A stretch of DNA of 64,000 nt, from positions 58,670 through 122,669 of the forward strand of contig JAAZYI010000024.1 of NCBI GenBank assembly GCA_014239735.1. The letters run 5' to 3'. The notes under the pieces were generated by a model that was not told where the DNA came from, did not search any database, and saw only the letters and a program-made list of their open reading frames with translations. The DNA comes from Dehalococcoidia bacterium (GTDB lineage Bacteria; Chloroflexota; Dehalococcoidia; Lucifugimonadales; Lucifugimonadaceae). Below are positions 9,835-19,854 of the stretch, one piece after another (position 1 is the stretch's first letter; every line of letters starts with the position of its first letter). Position numbers and translations under genes: made by a program.

Positions 9835-10590
9835 TTATGAATTATTTGAATAAATATTGTTTAATTTATTATACATCTCTTTGAAGGTTGTTATTGCATT
9901 ATTTTCTGGTTTTGTTAATTCATAATTAAAACCTTTGATGTAATTGGTAATAATTTCAGAGGAAAAAAAATCTGATCCTCTTTTCTCAATGATTAATTTA
10001 ATAGAATTATCATAATTATTAAGACCATAATCAATGCATTCCTTGAGATTATTAATTTGAGTGGTGTCTAAATTATTGTGAGCCCATAATGCAAACACAA
10101 ATGGCAAGGAAGTAAATTTATACCATTCAAAACCTAAATCAATTATATGATCATATTGGTTATCATTGGATAATTTCATAATTAAGGCTCTATCTCCAAT
10201 TAATAATTGAGAGTCAGCATTATTTACTTCTTTAGAGATCTCGAAGATATCATTCTTCCAGTAGAAATGATTTAAGACTTTCATTAGCATGACAGATGTG
10301 GATGTTTCATCTGTTATGTATATATTTTTTATTTCACCAAGTTTCTTTTTTGAAAAAATAAATACACTGTTCGCATATTTTTTCGTTGAAACACAATAAT
10401 TCATCAGAGGTTGTAATGATTTGGTGTTAATAAAATCGATCAGCGAAATTGGCCCTGCATCTATATACCCATTTTGAATTGATTTACCCATTTCTTTTGG
10501 AGTTAAATAAATATAATTAAAATTATCTTCCTTTTTTAGGTAAAAGATTTCAGAATTTAAATATGGCATTTTGCCAATATTAGTCATCAT
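9835..10590 (-). CDS. mqnA: chorismate dehydratase (MqnA)
   Basis: 'IGKMPYLNSEIF' N-terminus (MqnA 'YLN' motif), about 250 aa, sits between two mqn radical-SAM genes. Confidence 0.72.
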   Translation of the reverse strand: MMTNIGKMPYLNSEIFYLKKEDNFNYIYLTPKEMGKSIQNGYIDAGPISLIDFINTKSLQPLMNYCVSTKKYANSVFIFSKKKLGEIKNIYITDETSTSVMLMKVLNHFYWKNDIFEISKEVNNADSQLLIGDRALIMKLSNDNQYDHIIDLGFEWYKFTSLPFVFALWAHNNLDTTQINNLKECIDYGLNNYDNSIKLIIEKRGSDFFSSEIITNYIKGFNYELTKPENNAITTFKEMYNKLNNIYSNNS

Positions 10591-11686
10591 AAACTTTTAT
10601 TTCGTTATATAAAGCATCCCTTTCAACAGGGATTTTTCTAGCTTCCTTAATTAGATAAATCATTTTCTCCATAGCCAATCCTCCTGGTGAGTTAGCTTTT
10701 GCAGCATGCATTATATTTTCTTTCACTATTGTTCCATCTAAATCATCAGCTCCAAAATTAAGTCCAATTGATGCAGTTTGTTCTCCGATCGTTACCCAGT
10801 AAGATTTAATATGACTAATGTTATCCAGCATAAGCCTAGATAAAGATATCATTTTTAAATCATCTAACGGTGTTGCTGGATTGTCTGTTAGTTGTGTTGT
10901 GCCTGTTTGATATTGGAGAGGGATAAATGCTAAGAAACCATTTGTTTCATCCTGCAAATCTCTAAGTTGTATAAAATGATCCACTCTTTCCTCAATTGTT
11001 TCTATGTGGCCATATAGCATAGTGCAGTTCGATTTTATTCCTTGTTTATGAGCTATTTTATGAATCTCTTGCCATCTAGAAGCTTTAGATTTGCCTGGCA
11101 ACAACATTTTATGAACCCTTGGAGAAAAAACTTCTGCGCCTCCTCCAGGCATTGAGGTTAGCCCTGCTTCTTTCAGTCTTGCAAGCGATTCTTCTGGGTC
11201 AATCTTCCATCTTTTATGAAAATAATCAATTTCAGCTGCAGTAAATCCTTTTATGTGCAAATTAGGATGCTTACCTCTTATAGACCTAACTATTTCTTCA
11301 TAGTATTCGAACTTCCAAGTTGGATGATGGCCCCCAACCATGTGAACTTCGCGCATTTCATCGTTTATGCTTCCTAGAATTTCTTCTACAGTCATTTCGT
11401 AAGCATCATCATCACCTTTCTTTTTGGCAAAATCGCAAAAACTGCAACTCAAAACACATATATTAGTAGGGTTTACGTGTCTATTTAAAACAAAGAAAAC
11501 TTTATCGCCTGAAACTTCCCTTTTTTTAATATCTGCGAGTTTACCTAAAGTATGGATATCTTCAGTTTCAAATAGATTAACCCCATCTTCAAAGTTTAAT
11601 CTCTGCTTACTTATAATTTTTTCAGCAATCTTATTTAACTTTTTGTCTGATGAAATAATATTTTCTATTTCCAATAAGTTTCCCAT
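10580..11686 (-). CDS. mqnE: radical SAM enzyme, aminodeoxyfutalosine synthase-like
   Basis: 'NPTNICVLSCSFCDFAKK' CxxxCxxC motif, 'GGGAEVF', paralogous to the mqnC-like gene. Confidence 0.72.
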   Translation of the reverse strand: MGNLLEIENIISSDKKLNKIAEKIISKQRLNFEDGVNLFETEDIHTLGKLADIKKREVSGDKVFFVLNRHVNPTNICVLSCSFCDFAKKKGDDDAYEMTVEEILGSINDEMREVHMVGGHHPTWKFEYYEEIVRSIRGKHPNLHIKGFTAAEIDYFHKRWKIDPEESLARLKEAGLTSMPGGGAEVFSPRVHKMLLPGKSKASRWQEIHKIAHKQGIKSNCTMLYGHIETIEERVDHFIQLRDLQDETNGFLAFIPLQYQTGTTQLTDNPATPLDDLKMISLSRLMLDNISHIKSYWVTIGEQTASIGLNFGADDLDGTIVKENIMHAAKANSPGGLAMEKMIYLIKEARKIPVERDALYNEIKVYDD

Positions 11687-13416
11687 TTTTCTTCTACCTT
11701 TTTTACTATTTTAGCATCCATTTCTAGAGTCTTTTGGTAACCACCTTTCCACGTAGCATCTATGCCCAAAATTCCTTCATATTTTGGAATAGCACCAACA
11801 AATTCCTGTTTATTAAAATAAATATCATCTCCTGGGTCAAATCTTGTGAATATTCCCCACATTATTTCCACGTCATTATTTAGGTTTATGTCAGTCGAGA
11901 CTGCAGCGATAATTTTTATGTTAGATATTAAGGGGCTTTTTAATATATTTTTTATCACTTCTGCCCCATTATTTTTTACTTTAATAACAAGCAGAGTGTT
12001 CTTAATTAGTCTCCAATCCTCAATTCTGGAATCTATAACTGATAAATCTTTTGGAAGGACAGGAGGTAAATTTTGTATTTTTGTATTTTTTGATGTTGCA
12101 TTAATAATAAGTTTATTCCCATGATGAGTTTTTTTTGACGTGAAATCTAATGTATCTGAAGGAGCTTGAGAAATAAGCATAATAGAGTCTGTGGGATCAA
12201 AATTTTTTCTAATTTCTTCTAAAACATCCCCTTTGTTTTTCACGTTAACATGTTTATCCACTAGAACCATTACTTTGGTAAGCGAAAGCTGCCCAAGCCC
12301 TAGTATTGATAAACCGGTTTTATAAGCTTCTCGTGCATACCTATTTTCAGTAGAAACTACAAGGAAGCTGTGAAATCCAGCTTCAAAATATGCCCATAGA
12401 TCATGTATTTCTGGATGTATAACCTTAATCAAAGGCTTGAGAATATTTTGGGTACAATCTCCTAAGTATTTATCTTCTTGAGGTGGCTTGCCAACAACTG
12501 TAGCTGGATAAATTGCATCTTCTCTATAGAAGACATTATTTATATGAAACACTGGATAGTTGCCTGCTTCAGAATAATGACCAAAATGATCTCCAAAAGG
12601 GCCCTCAAGCCTTCTTTCATCTGGTTTTAAGTATCCTTCAATTAGAAATTCCCCAGTTGATGGAGTGCGCATATCTATTGTTTTAGATTTTGAAAGCTTT
12701 GTCCTTTTTCCTCTCACTAATCCTGCGAATTCTAATTCTCCAATCCCTTCTGGAAGCGCCATTATTGATGCTATTGTAAGAACAGGGTCTCCTCCTAGAG
12801 TTACAGCTAGAGGTAGATCCTTTCCAAGCTTCTCTGCTTCTTTATAGTGATATCCTCCGCCTTTACCAATTTGCATATGCATTCCAGTAGAGAAATTATC
12901 GTAAACATGCATCCTGTACATTCCTAAATTTGAGGCTTTGCTTATAGGATCCGTAGTTTGAACTAATGGAAGAGTAATAAACTTCCCTCCATCTTCTGGC
13001 CAACATTTCAATATGGGTAAGTCTTCAAGTCCATTTTTTAAAATCAAATTAGGGAGCCTATTGCTATTTTTTTTTGGAGGGAACGCTAAAATTCTTTTTA
13101 TTGTTTTTCTTTGCGCGAAAATCTTTTTAAGGTTAGGGGGCCTCATTGCATCAACAAAATTAAGTAGTTCTATGCCAATTTCTTCAGGATTCTGCCCTAA
13201 TGCAACATCAATCCTTTTTTCGCTAGCAAATGTATTTATTGCTAGAGGAAACTTAGAGCCTTTTACATTTTCAAATAAAATTGCAGGTTTATTTTCTATT
13301 TGAGCTTTAATTGCAATTTCAGTAATTTCTAAGCTTGGGTCAACTTCTTCTGAAACTCTATGCAGCTCACCTTCTTTTTCAAGTTTTTCAACAAAAGTTC
13401 TGAAATCTGAAACCAA
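11665..13416 (-). CDS. UbiD-family (prenyl-FMN dependent) decarboxylase, menaquinone-pathway type
   Basis: UbiD-family similarity throughout (for example 'GMYRMHV', 'GGGYHY', 'EGPFGDHFGHY'). Adjacent to ubiX and ubiA homologues in the mqn operon. Confidence 0.85.
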   Translation of the reverse strand: MVSDFRTFVEKLEKEGELHRVSEEVDPSLEITEIAIKAQIENKPAILFENVKGSKFPLAINTFASEKRIDVALGQNPEEIGIELLNFVDAMRPPNLKKIFAQRKTIKRILAFPPKKNSNRLPNLILKNGLEDLPILKCWPEDGGKFITLPLVQTTDPISKASNLGMYRMHVYDNFSTGMHMQIGKGGGYHYKEAEKLGKDLPLAVTLGGDPVLTIASIMALPEGIGELEFAGLVRGKRTKLSKSKTIDMRTPSTGEFLIEGYLKPDERRLEGPFGDHFGHYSEAGNYPVFHINNVFYREDAIYPATVVGKPPQEDKYLGDCTQNILKPLIKVIHPEIHDLWAYFEAGFHSFLVVSTENRYAREAYKTGLSILGLGQLSLTKVMVLVDKHVNVKNKGDVLEEIRKNFDPTDSIMLISQAPSDTLDFTSKKTHHGNKLIINATSKNTKIQNLPPVLPKDLSVIDSRIEDWRLIKNTLLVIKVKNNGAEVIKNILKSPLISNIKIIAAVSTDINLNNDVEIMWGIFTRFDPGDDIYFNKQEFVGAIPKYEGILGIDATWKGGYQKTLEMDAKIVKKVEEKWETYWK

Positions 13417-14019
13417 CTAAGTCCCTTCCCACTCTTTTAAGTTTGATGAAACTATTTCCAGCTTTTCTAAAATTCTTGAGGAAACCATATTTACTAAATC
13501 ATCAATATTTTTTGGAAGATTGTAAAAGCCTGGGGAAGCTGGAAGCACTATTGCACCTGCTTTTGTTAATTTAGTCATATTCTCAAGGTGAATTAAACTA
13601 TAAGGAGTTTCTCTTGGGACTACTATTAGTGTTCTCCTTTCTTTTAGGCATACATCTGCTGCTCTTTCTATTAAACCTCTAGAAATCCCATTAGCTATAC
13701 TTCCTAGTGTTCCTGTAGAGCAAGGAACAATGGCCATCCCTTTTGTTCTAAATGAACCACTAGCAATATTAGCTCCAACATCATTTTCATCAATAACTTC
13801 TAATTTTTCATCATCAATACTTAAATTATCTTGAAGAATTTTTTTGTCTGAAGCAGGTTTGCCAACAAGATTTAAACCTGTCTCTAAAGATAATACTCTT
13901 CTGCCCGGCTTAGATGTGACTAAATAGCAAATATTTCCTGAATCACAAATACCTTTTAAGACAGCTAAGCTATATAAGGCCCCACTTCCTCCTGAAATAC
14001 CTAAAATATACTTATTCAT
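13417..14019 (-). CDS. ubiX: flavin prenyltransferase UbiX
   Basis: 'ILGISGGSGALY' N-terminus, 'VPCSTGTLG', 'LVVPRETP', about 200 aa. Confidence 0.9.
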   Translation of the reverse strand: MNKYILGISGGSGALYSLAVLKGICDSGNICYLVTSKPGRRVLSLETGLNLVGKPASDKKILQDNLSIDDEKLEVIDENDVGANIASGSFRTKGMAIVPCSTGTLGSIANGISRGLIERAADVCLKERRTLIVVPRETPYSLIHLENMTKLTKAGAIVLPASPGFYNLPKNIDDLVNMVSSRILEKLEIVSSNLKEWEGT

Positions 14020-14876
14020 TGAATCAATGTGCTTAAAGCAAACATTATAAGAAGCACTATAGATATTTGTGCATTCATATTAAAAAAAGCTTTGTTTATA
14101 TTATTTTTATCTATTTTTAGAATCAAAAAATGCTCCCTAATAAATAATCCAAACAATATTGTACAACCAATCCAATAAATTAGCCCCAGATTTTCAACAA
14201 AACCGATTGAACATATAAGAATTATTGTTATTAAATGTGAGACCCATGAGATAATCTTTGATTGCTTAATACCCAATTTTGAAGGCATTGAGAAAATATT
14301 ATTCTTTTTATCAAATTCTATATCTAGAATCGCGTAAATTATATCAAATCCCGACACCCAAAAAAAACCTGATAAGCCTAGGAGAAATATAGATAAAGAA
14401 AAACTTCCGGTTAATGCTATTTCTACAGCTGGAGGAGCAATTAGATATACCAATCCAAGAAAATGATGACACATATAGGTAAATCTTTTTGTGAATGGAT
14501 AGATAGTAAAAACAGCAATAACAATGGGAGACAGTAAAAAAACAATGCTATTGAAGCTCATTAAAGATATATAAAAGATGATTAAGGCTACGAAAGAGAC
14601 TAGATATGCATCTCTTGCGCTTATCTTTTTAGTTATAAGCTCTCTATGCATAGTTCTAGGATTTTTAGAGTCAATATTCCTATCTATAATTCTATTAATA
14701 GCCATTCCATACGTTCTGGCAGATATTAACGCAATCATAATTAATAATAGATTTAGAAGACTAAATTGATTATGTTTGACCACTAAAAGGTATGCACTAA
14801 GTGCAAATGGCAATGCAAAGAGTGAGTGTTCAAACTTAATAAAATTTGAAATTATTTTTATTTTTTCTAAAGTCAT
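14016..14876 (-). CDS. UbiA-family aromatic prenyltransferase (MqnP-like)
   Basis: Polytopic membrane protein with the Asp-rich motif 'NRIIDRNID' and a second 'DIEFD' region. Confidence 0.85.
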   Translation of the reverse strand: MTLEKIKIISNFIKFEHSLFALPFALSAYLLVVKHNQFSLLNLLLIMIALISARTYGMAINRIIDRNIDSKNPRTMHRELITKKISARDAYLVSFVALIIFYISLMSFNSIVFLLSPIVIAVFTIYPFTKRFTYMCHHFLGLVYLIAPPAVEIALTGSFSLSIFLLGLSGFFWVSGFDIIYAILDIEFDKKNNIFSMPSKLGIKQSKIISWVSHLITIILICSIGFVENLGLIYWIGCTILFGLFIREHFLILKIDKNNINKAFFNMNAQISIVLLIMFALSTLIQ

Positions 14877-16078
14877 TATTTTATTTTTCTGAAAGAATCA
14901 GATATAAGCACCAAAATTAATAGAATGCTAATTAGCGCTATACCATCAAATATTAATGTATTTATAGCGCCAATTTTATCAATTCCGTATCCAATTGGTA
15001 ATGCTCCAATTGGAATAGACGCAAAATTTAACATGAAAAACCCCATCATTCTTGCTCGATACTTACTGTCTGTATATTCCATAGTAAGTATGTTGCTTAA
15101 AGCCATTCTTATTTGCTCAAATGCACCAAAGAAAACCATAACAACTAAGCCTATGGAGTATTCAGGAGCTAAGCCAAATGTCAAAGTACAAAAACCTAAC
15201 CCAAAAGCCGATAATAGAAAAATAGTAAATCTTAACCTACCCTTTTTTAAAGTTGAGATTAATAGGGTTCCAATTACTGCACCAACACCAGCCATGGTTA
15301 GCATCAATCCTATTTCTTGAGGAGACACCATATATAATCTTCTGGCAATTATAGGCAGTTGTAATCTTATTGGCATAGCTATCATACTTACAATTAGGGA
15401 AGAAATTAAAATAGCCAACACCATCTTATTACCAATTAGATATTCAAAAGATTTTTTCATCTCAGAAACATAACTTCCTGAAATCAAGTCACTTTTTTCT
15501 GTTTTAGGTAGACGTAATGCCAAAATAAAAGCGCAAAACTGAATAGCTGATATGATTAAAAATACATTTCCAGGTCCGTATTTTCCGTATAGATATCCCA
15601 CTGCTGAGCCAGAAAAAATAGTTACTAAAGCCATCCCAGATGATAATAAAGCTATGCCATTACTCACACTTTCTTCGGGCACAATTTTTGGTATGAAAGA
15701 ATATCTTGCTGGAAGTTGAAATGAAAAAAGTGCACCTTGAATTAAAGAAACAAAAAATAAGAAATGCCAATTTATGAGGCCTAATTCAATTAAAATCCAA
15801 GTAGACAATGAGGAAAGAAAAAAGCCGACCTGAACAATTTGCATAATTCGTCTGTTCTCAAATTTATCACCTATTATCCCTCCTATTATTGAAAACAGGA
15901 GCAATGCTGGAGCAAAACCCATACTCACAATTCCAGAAATAAATGCACTATTGGTTAAATCGTCTGTAAGCAATGCCCTAGAAGGCATTGCCATTTGGAT
16001 GGCTAGAATAAGAGTAACACTTGTTATCCATAGAATTCTATACCCAGGATATTGAAATGATGATAAGAAAGATTTCAT
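14876..16078 (-). CDS. MFS transporter
   Basis: About 12 hydrophobic segments, 400 aa, 'GGIIGDKFENRR' loop 2-3 motif. First gene of the mqn transcription unit. Confidence 0.8.
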   Translation of the reverse strand: MKSFLSSFQYPGYRILWITSVTLILAIQMAMPSRALLTDDLTNSAFISGIVSMGFAPALLLFSIIGGIIGDKFENRRIMQIVQVGFFLSSLSTWILIELGLINWHFLFFVSLIQGALFSFQLPARYSFIPKIVPEESVSNGIALLSSGMALVTIFSGSAVGYLYGKYGPGNVFLIISAIQFCAFILALRLPKTEKSDLISGSYVSEMKKSFEYLIGNKMVLAILISSLIVSMIAMPIRLQLPIIARRLYMVSPQEIGLMLTMAGVGAVIGTLLISTLKKGRLRFTIFLLSAFGLGFCTLTFGLAPEYSIGLVVMVFFGAFEQIRMALSNILTMEYTDSKYRARMMGFFMLNFASIPIGALPIGYGIDKIGAINTLIFDGIALISILLILVLISDSFRKIK

Positions 16079-16123
16079 ATGACAAAATGAATTTAATGTT
16101 TTTATTATAAAATTGCAATTAGT

Positions 16124-17101
16124 ATGATTTTAGATCTGAGTTATAAATATTTAATAAAGAAGATATTATTTCTTTTTCCGCCTGAAATGGCACATATTAT
16201 TGTAGAAAATTTTCTTTATTTTGCTCCAAATTTTTTGTTTAAGAATAAATTCAGTAAATCAACAGAAATAACGTTATTTGAAAAAAAAATCCCTAGTCCA
16301 ATTGGAATAGCAGCTGGCCTAGATAAGAATTGTAAATCTACTAATAAATATTTAAATATGGGCTATGGATTCTCAGTTGTAGGCACTGTTATGAAAAACC
16401 CAAGAAAAGGCAATCCTAAACCTAGGCTAATTCGATTAATTAATGAGAAATCTTTATTGAACTCACTTTCCTTCCCTAGTGATGGATCAAAAGTTATTTT
16501 AAAAAGACTAAAAAGATTAAAAAATGTTAAAGACAGGATAATCGTGTCAGTTTCAGGGCTAAATGAAGATGAAATTATACAAAATATTTTAGTTTTTAAA
16601 GGTCATTGCTTTGGATTTGAAATAAATATTTCTAGTCCTAACACTAAGGACCTAAGGAAATTTATAAACCCTGAATCAGTCCATTCAATAATTACTAAAG
16701 CACGCAATATTACTGATGCTCCAGTTTTAATCAAATTGCCAAGAGTTAAAAACTTAGAAATTTATGAAAATATTTTAAAAGCCATCTCAAAATTTAATAA
16801 AACAGGGATTGTTATTGCTAACACAAAGCCAATAAGTGATTCTAGATTAAAAGTTGGGAATGGAGGTAAAAGTGGCGCCCCTCTATTTAACGAAACTTTA
16901 AAAATTTTGGACTACCTAAGACCCAAATTTAAAGATGCCGTAATTATTTGCTCAGGAGGAGTATCAAATTTTAAAGATGCCAAGAAATTATTAGAATCTG
17001 GCGCTAATGCTATTCAAGTATATTCAGCTTTAATTTACGAAGGCCCAGGAATAGCAAAAAAAATAAATAAGCAATTAAAAAATTCTAGATTATTGAATTG
17101 A
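16124..17101 (+). CDS. pyrD: dihydroorotate dehydrogenase, class 2 (quinone-dependent)
   Basis: 'GIAAGLDKN' and 'EINISSPNT' (serine catalytic base, class 2), hydrophobic N-terminal extension, 'SGGVS'. Confidence 0.85.
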   Translation: MILDLSYKYLIKKILFLFPPEMAHIIVENFLYFAPNFLFKNKFSKSTEITLFEKKIPSPIGIAAGLDKNCKSTNKYLNMGYGFSVVGTVMKNPRKGNPKPRLIRLINEKSLLNSLSFPSDGSKVILKRLKRLKNVKDRIIVSVSGLNEDEIIQNILVFKGHCFGFEINISSPNTKDLRKFINPESVHSIITKARNITDAPVLIKLPRVKNLEIYENILKAISKFNKTGIVIANTKPISDSRLKVGNGGKSGAPLFNETLKILDYLRPKFKDAVIICSGGVSNFKDAKKLLESGANAIQVYSALIYEGPGIAKKINKQLKNSRLLN

Positions 17102-17906
17102 TGTAGTTGACAAATCCTAGTCTATTAGGAGCTTCTATTGAATTTACTTCAGGTATCATTTGGGAGGCAAAGCTGCCTTTTACAGTAAATCCATATTTAG
17201 CATATTTGATAAGATTTAAATCTGCAGAGCCATCTCCAAAATAGAATAGGTCGTCTTTGGATAAGTTTAATAATTTCAAGAGGTCCATAGCAGCATTTAT
17301 TTTACTTCCTCTTTCAGATGAAATCTCGCACATATTAGGGAAAACCTTATTTATTTCTAAGTTACTATAATCTTTTTTTAAATTTTTATGAGTACTGTCG
17401 ATTTCTTCTTCATTACTTACTAAAAGAATTACAATTTTATTTGGTATTTTTATTAAATTATTAACCTGATTAAGCATTATTTTTTGTCTTTTGCAGTAAT
17501 CTTCAATCCATTTAAATTTTTTATGTATATATATTTGATCATTGCTATAAATAGCTATATTTATACTTGGGTTTAAGTTTTCAATAATTTGAATTGCAAG
17601 CCTTTCATTTATTTCATGCCTATATATGTCACTTCCAGTCTCAGTGTCTGTCATTATTGCCCCGCCTGAACAAATAATTGGTATATCTATATTTAACTGC
17701 CGAGCATATTTTAGTGCAGGAATTTTACTTCTTCCAGTTGCGAACGTAAAGTGAATCCCAATGTTTTTAAGTTTAGTGCTTAATTTTTCTAACTCTTCTG
17801 ATATTGAGCCATTGTATAGGATAGTTCCATCTAAATCTGTTAATAATATTGGATTACTTGATAGTCTTTCTATAATACTCATGTTGTGTATAATATCTTT
17901 GTTCAA
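17085..17906 (-). CDS. HAD-IIB (Cof-type) phosphatase
   Basis: 'LLTDLDGTIL' motif I, 'ATGR' motif II, 'FGDGSADL' motif IV. Confidence 0.8.
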   Translation of the reverse strand: MNKDIIHNMSIIERLSSNPILLTDLDGTILYNGSISEELEKLSTKLKNIGIHFTFATGRSKIPALKYARQLNIDIPIICSGGAIMTDTETGSDIYRHEINERLAIQIIENLNPSINIAIYSNDQIYIHKKFKWIEDYCKRQKIMLNQVNNLIKIPNKIVILLVSNEEEIDSTHKNLKKDYSNLEINKVFPNMCEISSERGSKINAAMDLLKLLNLSKDDLFYFGDGSADLNLIKYAKYGFTVKGSFASQMIPEVNSIEAPNRLGFVNYINSII

Positions 17907-17923
17907 TTAAACAGTGTAAAAAA

Positions 17924-18220
17924 ATGAATATAATAGTTATTATACCCTCGCCTTTAAGAAATCTAACTAATGAGGAGAGAAAAGTTAATATAGAGCTTGA
18001 TGACGAAAGTTCTTCTGTTCAAAATGTAATTCTAGCTTTGAATAATTTATATCCTGGAATTTTAAATAAAGTTCTAGATAATGATAATCAATTGCATAAA
18101 TATGTGAACATTTTCATTGATGGTGAAGATATCAGATATCTTGATGGTATTAATACCCAAGTGAATGACAATGACGAATTAAGCATAGTACCTGCTGTTG
18201 CAGGTGGATCTATTGGCTAG
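17924..18220 (+). CDS. MoaD/ThiS-family ubiquitin-like sulfur-carrier protein
   Basis: 98 aa beta-grasp-like sequence ending '...ELSIVPAVAGG-SIG'. The Gly-Gly is followed by 3 extra residues. Confidence 0.7.
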   Translation: MNIIVIIPSPLRNLTNEERKVNIELDDESSSVQNVILALNNLYPGILNKVLDNDNQLHKYVNIFIDGEDIRYLDGINTQVNDNDELSIVPAVAGGSIG

Positions 18221-19310
18221 ATCTAAGGGAATCAGTAACAACTTGATCAGGAACGTCATTAACAATTTTTGATTCGCCTATTTCTTTTAGTAGTACCCAA
18301 TTTATCTTCCCAGCCCTTACTTTTTTATCTGATTTAGCAATAGTGTAAAGATTATCTAAATTTATGTTTTTAGGGATTCTTGTTGGCAGATTATACGCCT
18401 CTAGAATATTTTTTATTTCGTCCACTAAATTTTCTTGGCAATAGGATAGTGCTGAGGATATGTTGGCTGCTACTACCATTCCTATACTAACAGCTTCTCC
18501 ATGGAGTAAATTGCTGTATGATGTGGCTGACTCAAGTGCATGCCCAATGGTATGACCAAAATTTAACTTAATCCTATCTTTGCCTGTCTCATATTCATCT
18601 TTAGATACAATTTCAGCTTTAATTTCAACACTTCTTTTAATGGCGTCAGTAAAAAAAGGCTCATCTTTATTAAGCAATTTGCTATGATTGTTTTTAAATT
18701 TATTAAATAGGTCTTTATCAAATAAAAAAGAATGCTTTAAGGCCTCTGCCCACCCAGAATTCATTTCTCTTTGCTTTAAAGTAGAGAGACTTTTAGTGTC
18801 CATAATTATTAATTTTGGCTGATGGAAAGCTCCTACAAGATTTTTGCCTCGCTTTAAATTTACTGCGGTTTTACCTCCTATTGATGCATCAACCATTGAG
18901 GCTAAAGTAGTTGGAATATGGATTAATCTGATTCCTCTTAGCCATGTAGCTGCTGCATATCCTATAAGATCTGTTGCAACGCCTCCTCCAAGAGAAAAAA
19001 TAATATCAGATCTTTCAGCGCCTTTTTCATGGAGCCACTCATAAATCTTGTCTACAGTGGATAAGTTTTTTTTGGTTTCATCTAATTCTACAGAAAGAGA
19101 CTCGACCTTAATTGAGTTAGATTCAAAAGTTTTAATTATATTTGTTCCAAGACCTGAAAATACTTTTATATCAGATATTAGAAATACTCTTGAATTATTA
19201 ATTTCATTTTTTGAAAGGCTATATATTTTATCCAATATACCTTCGCCAACATGAATACTATAGTCACCCTGTTGAGATTTAATTTGACCTGCAAGTGTAG
19301 AATTATTCAT
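18210..19310 (-). CDS. aroB: 3-dehydroquinate synthase
   Basis: 'GGGVATDLIGYAAA', 'IPTTLASMVDASIGGKTAVN', and metal-binding 'GHTIGHALE' and 'HGEAVSIGM'. Confidence 0.92.
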   Translation of the reverse strand: MNNSTLAGQIKSQQGDYSIHVGEGILDKIYSLSKNEINNSRVFLISDIKVFSGLGTNIIKTFESNSIKVESLSVELDETKKNLSTVDKIYEWLHEKGAERSDIIFSLGGGVATDLIGYAAATWLRGIRLIHIPTTLASMVDASIGGKTAVNLKRGKNLVGAFHQPKLIIMDTKSLSTLKQREMNSGWAEALKHSFLFDKDLFNKFKNNHSKLLNKDEPFFTDAIKRSVEIKAEIVSKDEYETGKDRIKLNFGHTIGHALESATSYSNLLHGEAVSIGMVVAANISSALSYCQENLVDEIKNILEAYNLPTRIPKNINLDNLYTIAKSDKKVRAGKINWVLLKEIGESKIVNDVPDQVVTDSLRSSQ

Positions 19311-19854
19311 GTTTTATACAAATTATGTTTTTAATTTCTAGGGCAACATCTTCCATATTCTTATTATCTGTATCAATATGAAATGATGCCCTTGAATACA
19401 AAGAATATCTTTTTTTTGCTTGTTGTTCTAAATTTTCGATTAAGCTTAGATTATTATTAAATAGAAGAGGCCTGTGGCTCTTATTAGATTTCATTAGTCT
19501 GCTCTCTATTTCTGAGGGACTAGTTTGCAGCCAAAATGTTGCCCCAAAATGATTCATTAGCCCCATTATATTTTCAATCTCAGGCATCCCTCCTCCAGTT
19601 GAAATAACTATTTTGTCTTTTTTAATTAATTCTTTAGCAATCATTAATTCTTCAGACCTAAAAAATTTTTCTCCGCTTTCCTTAAAAATATCATCTATAG
19701 ATTTTCCATGTTTTAATATTAATTCTTCATCTGTATCAATAAATTTCCAATTAATTAAATCCGATAATGCCTTGCCACAGGAAGTTTTCCCTGAGCCTGA
19801 TTGTCCGACCAGAAAAATCCGATTATATTCGATATTATTTTCCACCAAACTCAT
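19303..19854 (-). CDS. aroK: shikimate kinase
   Basis: P-loop 'GQSGSGKTS', 'DTDE', 'FR..E', 'STGGG'. Confidence 0.9.
   Translation of the reverse strand: MSLVENNIEYNRIFLVGQSGSGKTSCGKALSDLINWKFIDTDEELILKHGKSIDDIFKESGEKFFRSEELMIAKELIKKDKIVISTGGGMPEIENIMGLMNHFGATFWLQTSPSEIESRLMKSNKSHRPLLFNNNLSLIENLEQQAKKRYSLYSRASFHIDTDNKNMEDVALEIKNIICIKHE

Noticed and set aside
14925-15320. 131-aa ORF antisense to the MFS transporter. Similar antisense ORFs occur at 22452-22805 (in alaS), 52395-52748 (in aroA), 57361-57726 (in btuC), 11424-11714, 13013-13303 and 31333-31635.
   Set aside because: Each lies wholly within a confidently identified gene on the other strand and shows no recognisable motifs. They are typical shadow ORFs.
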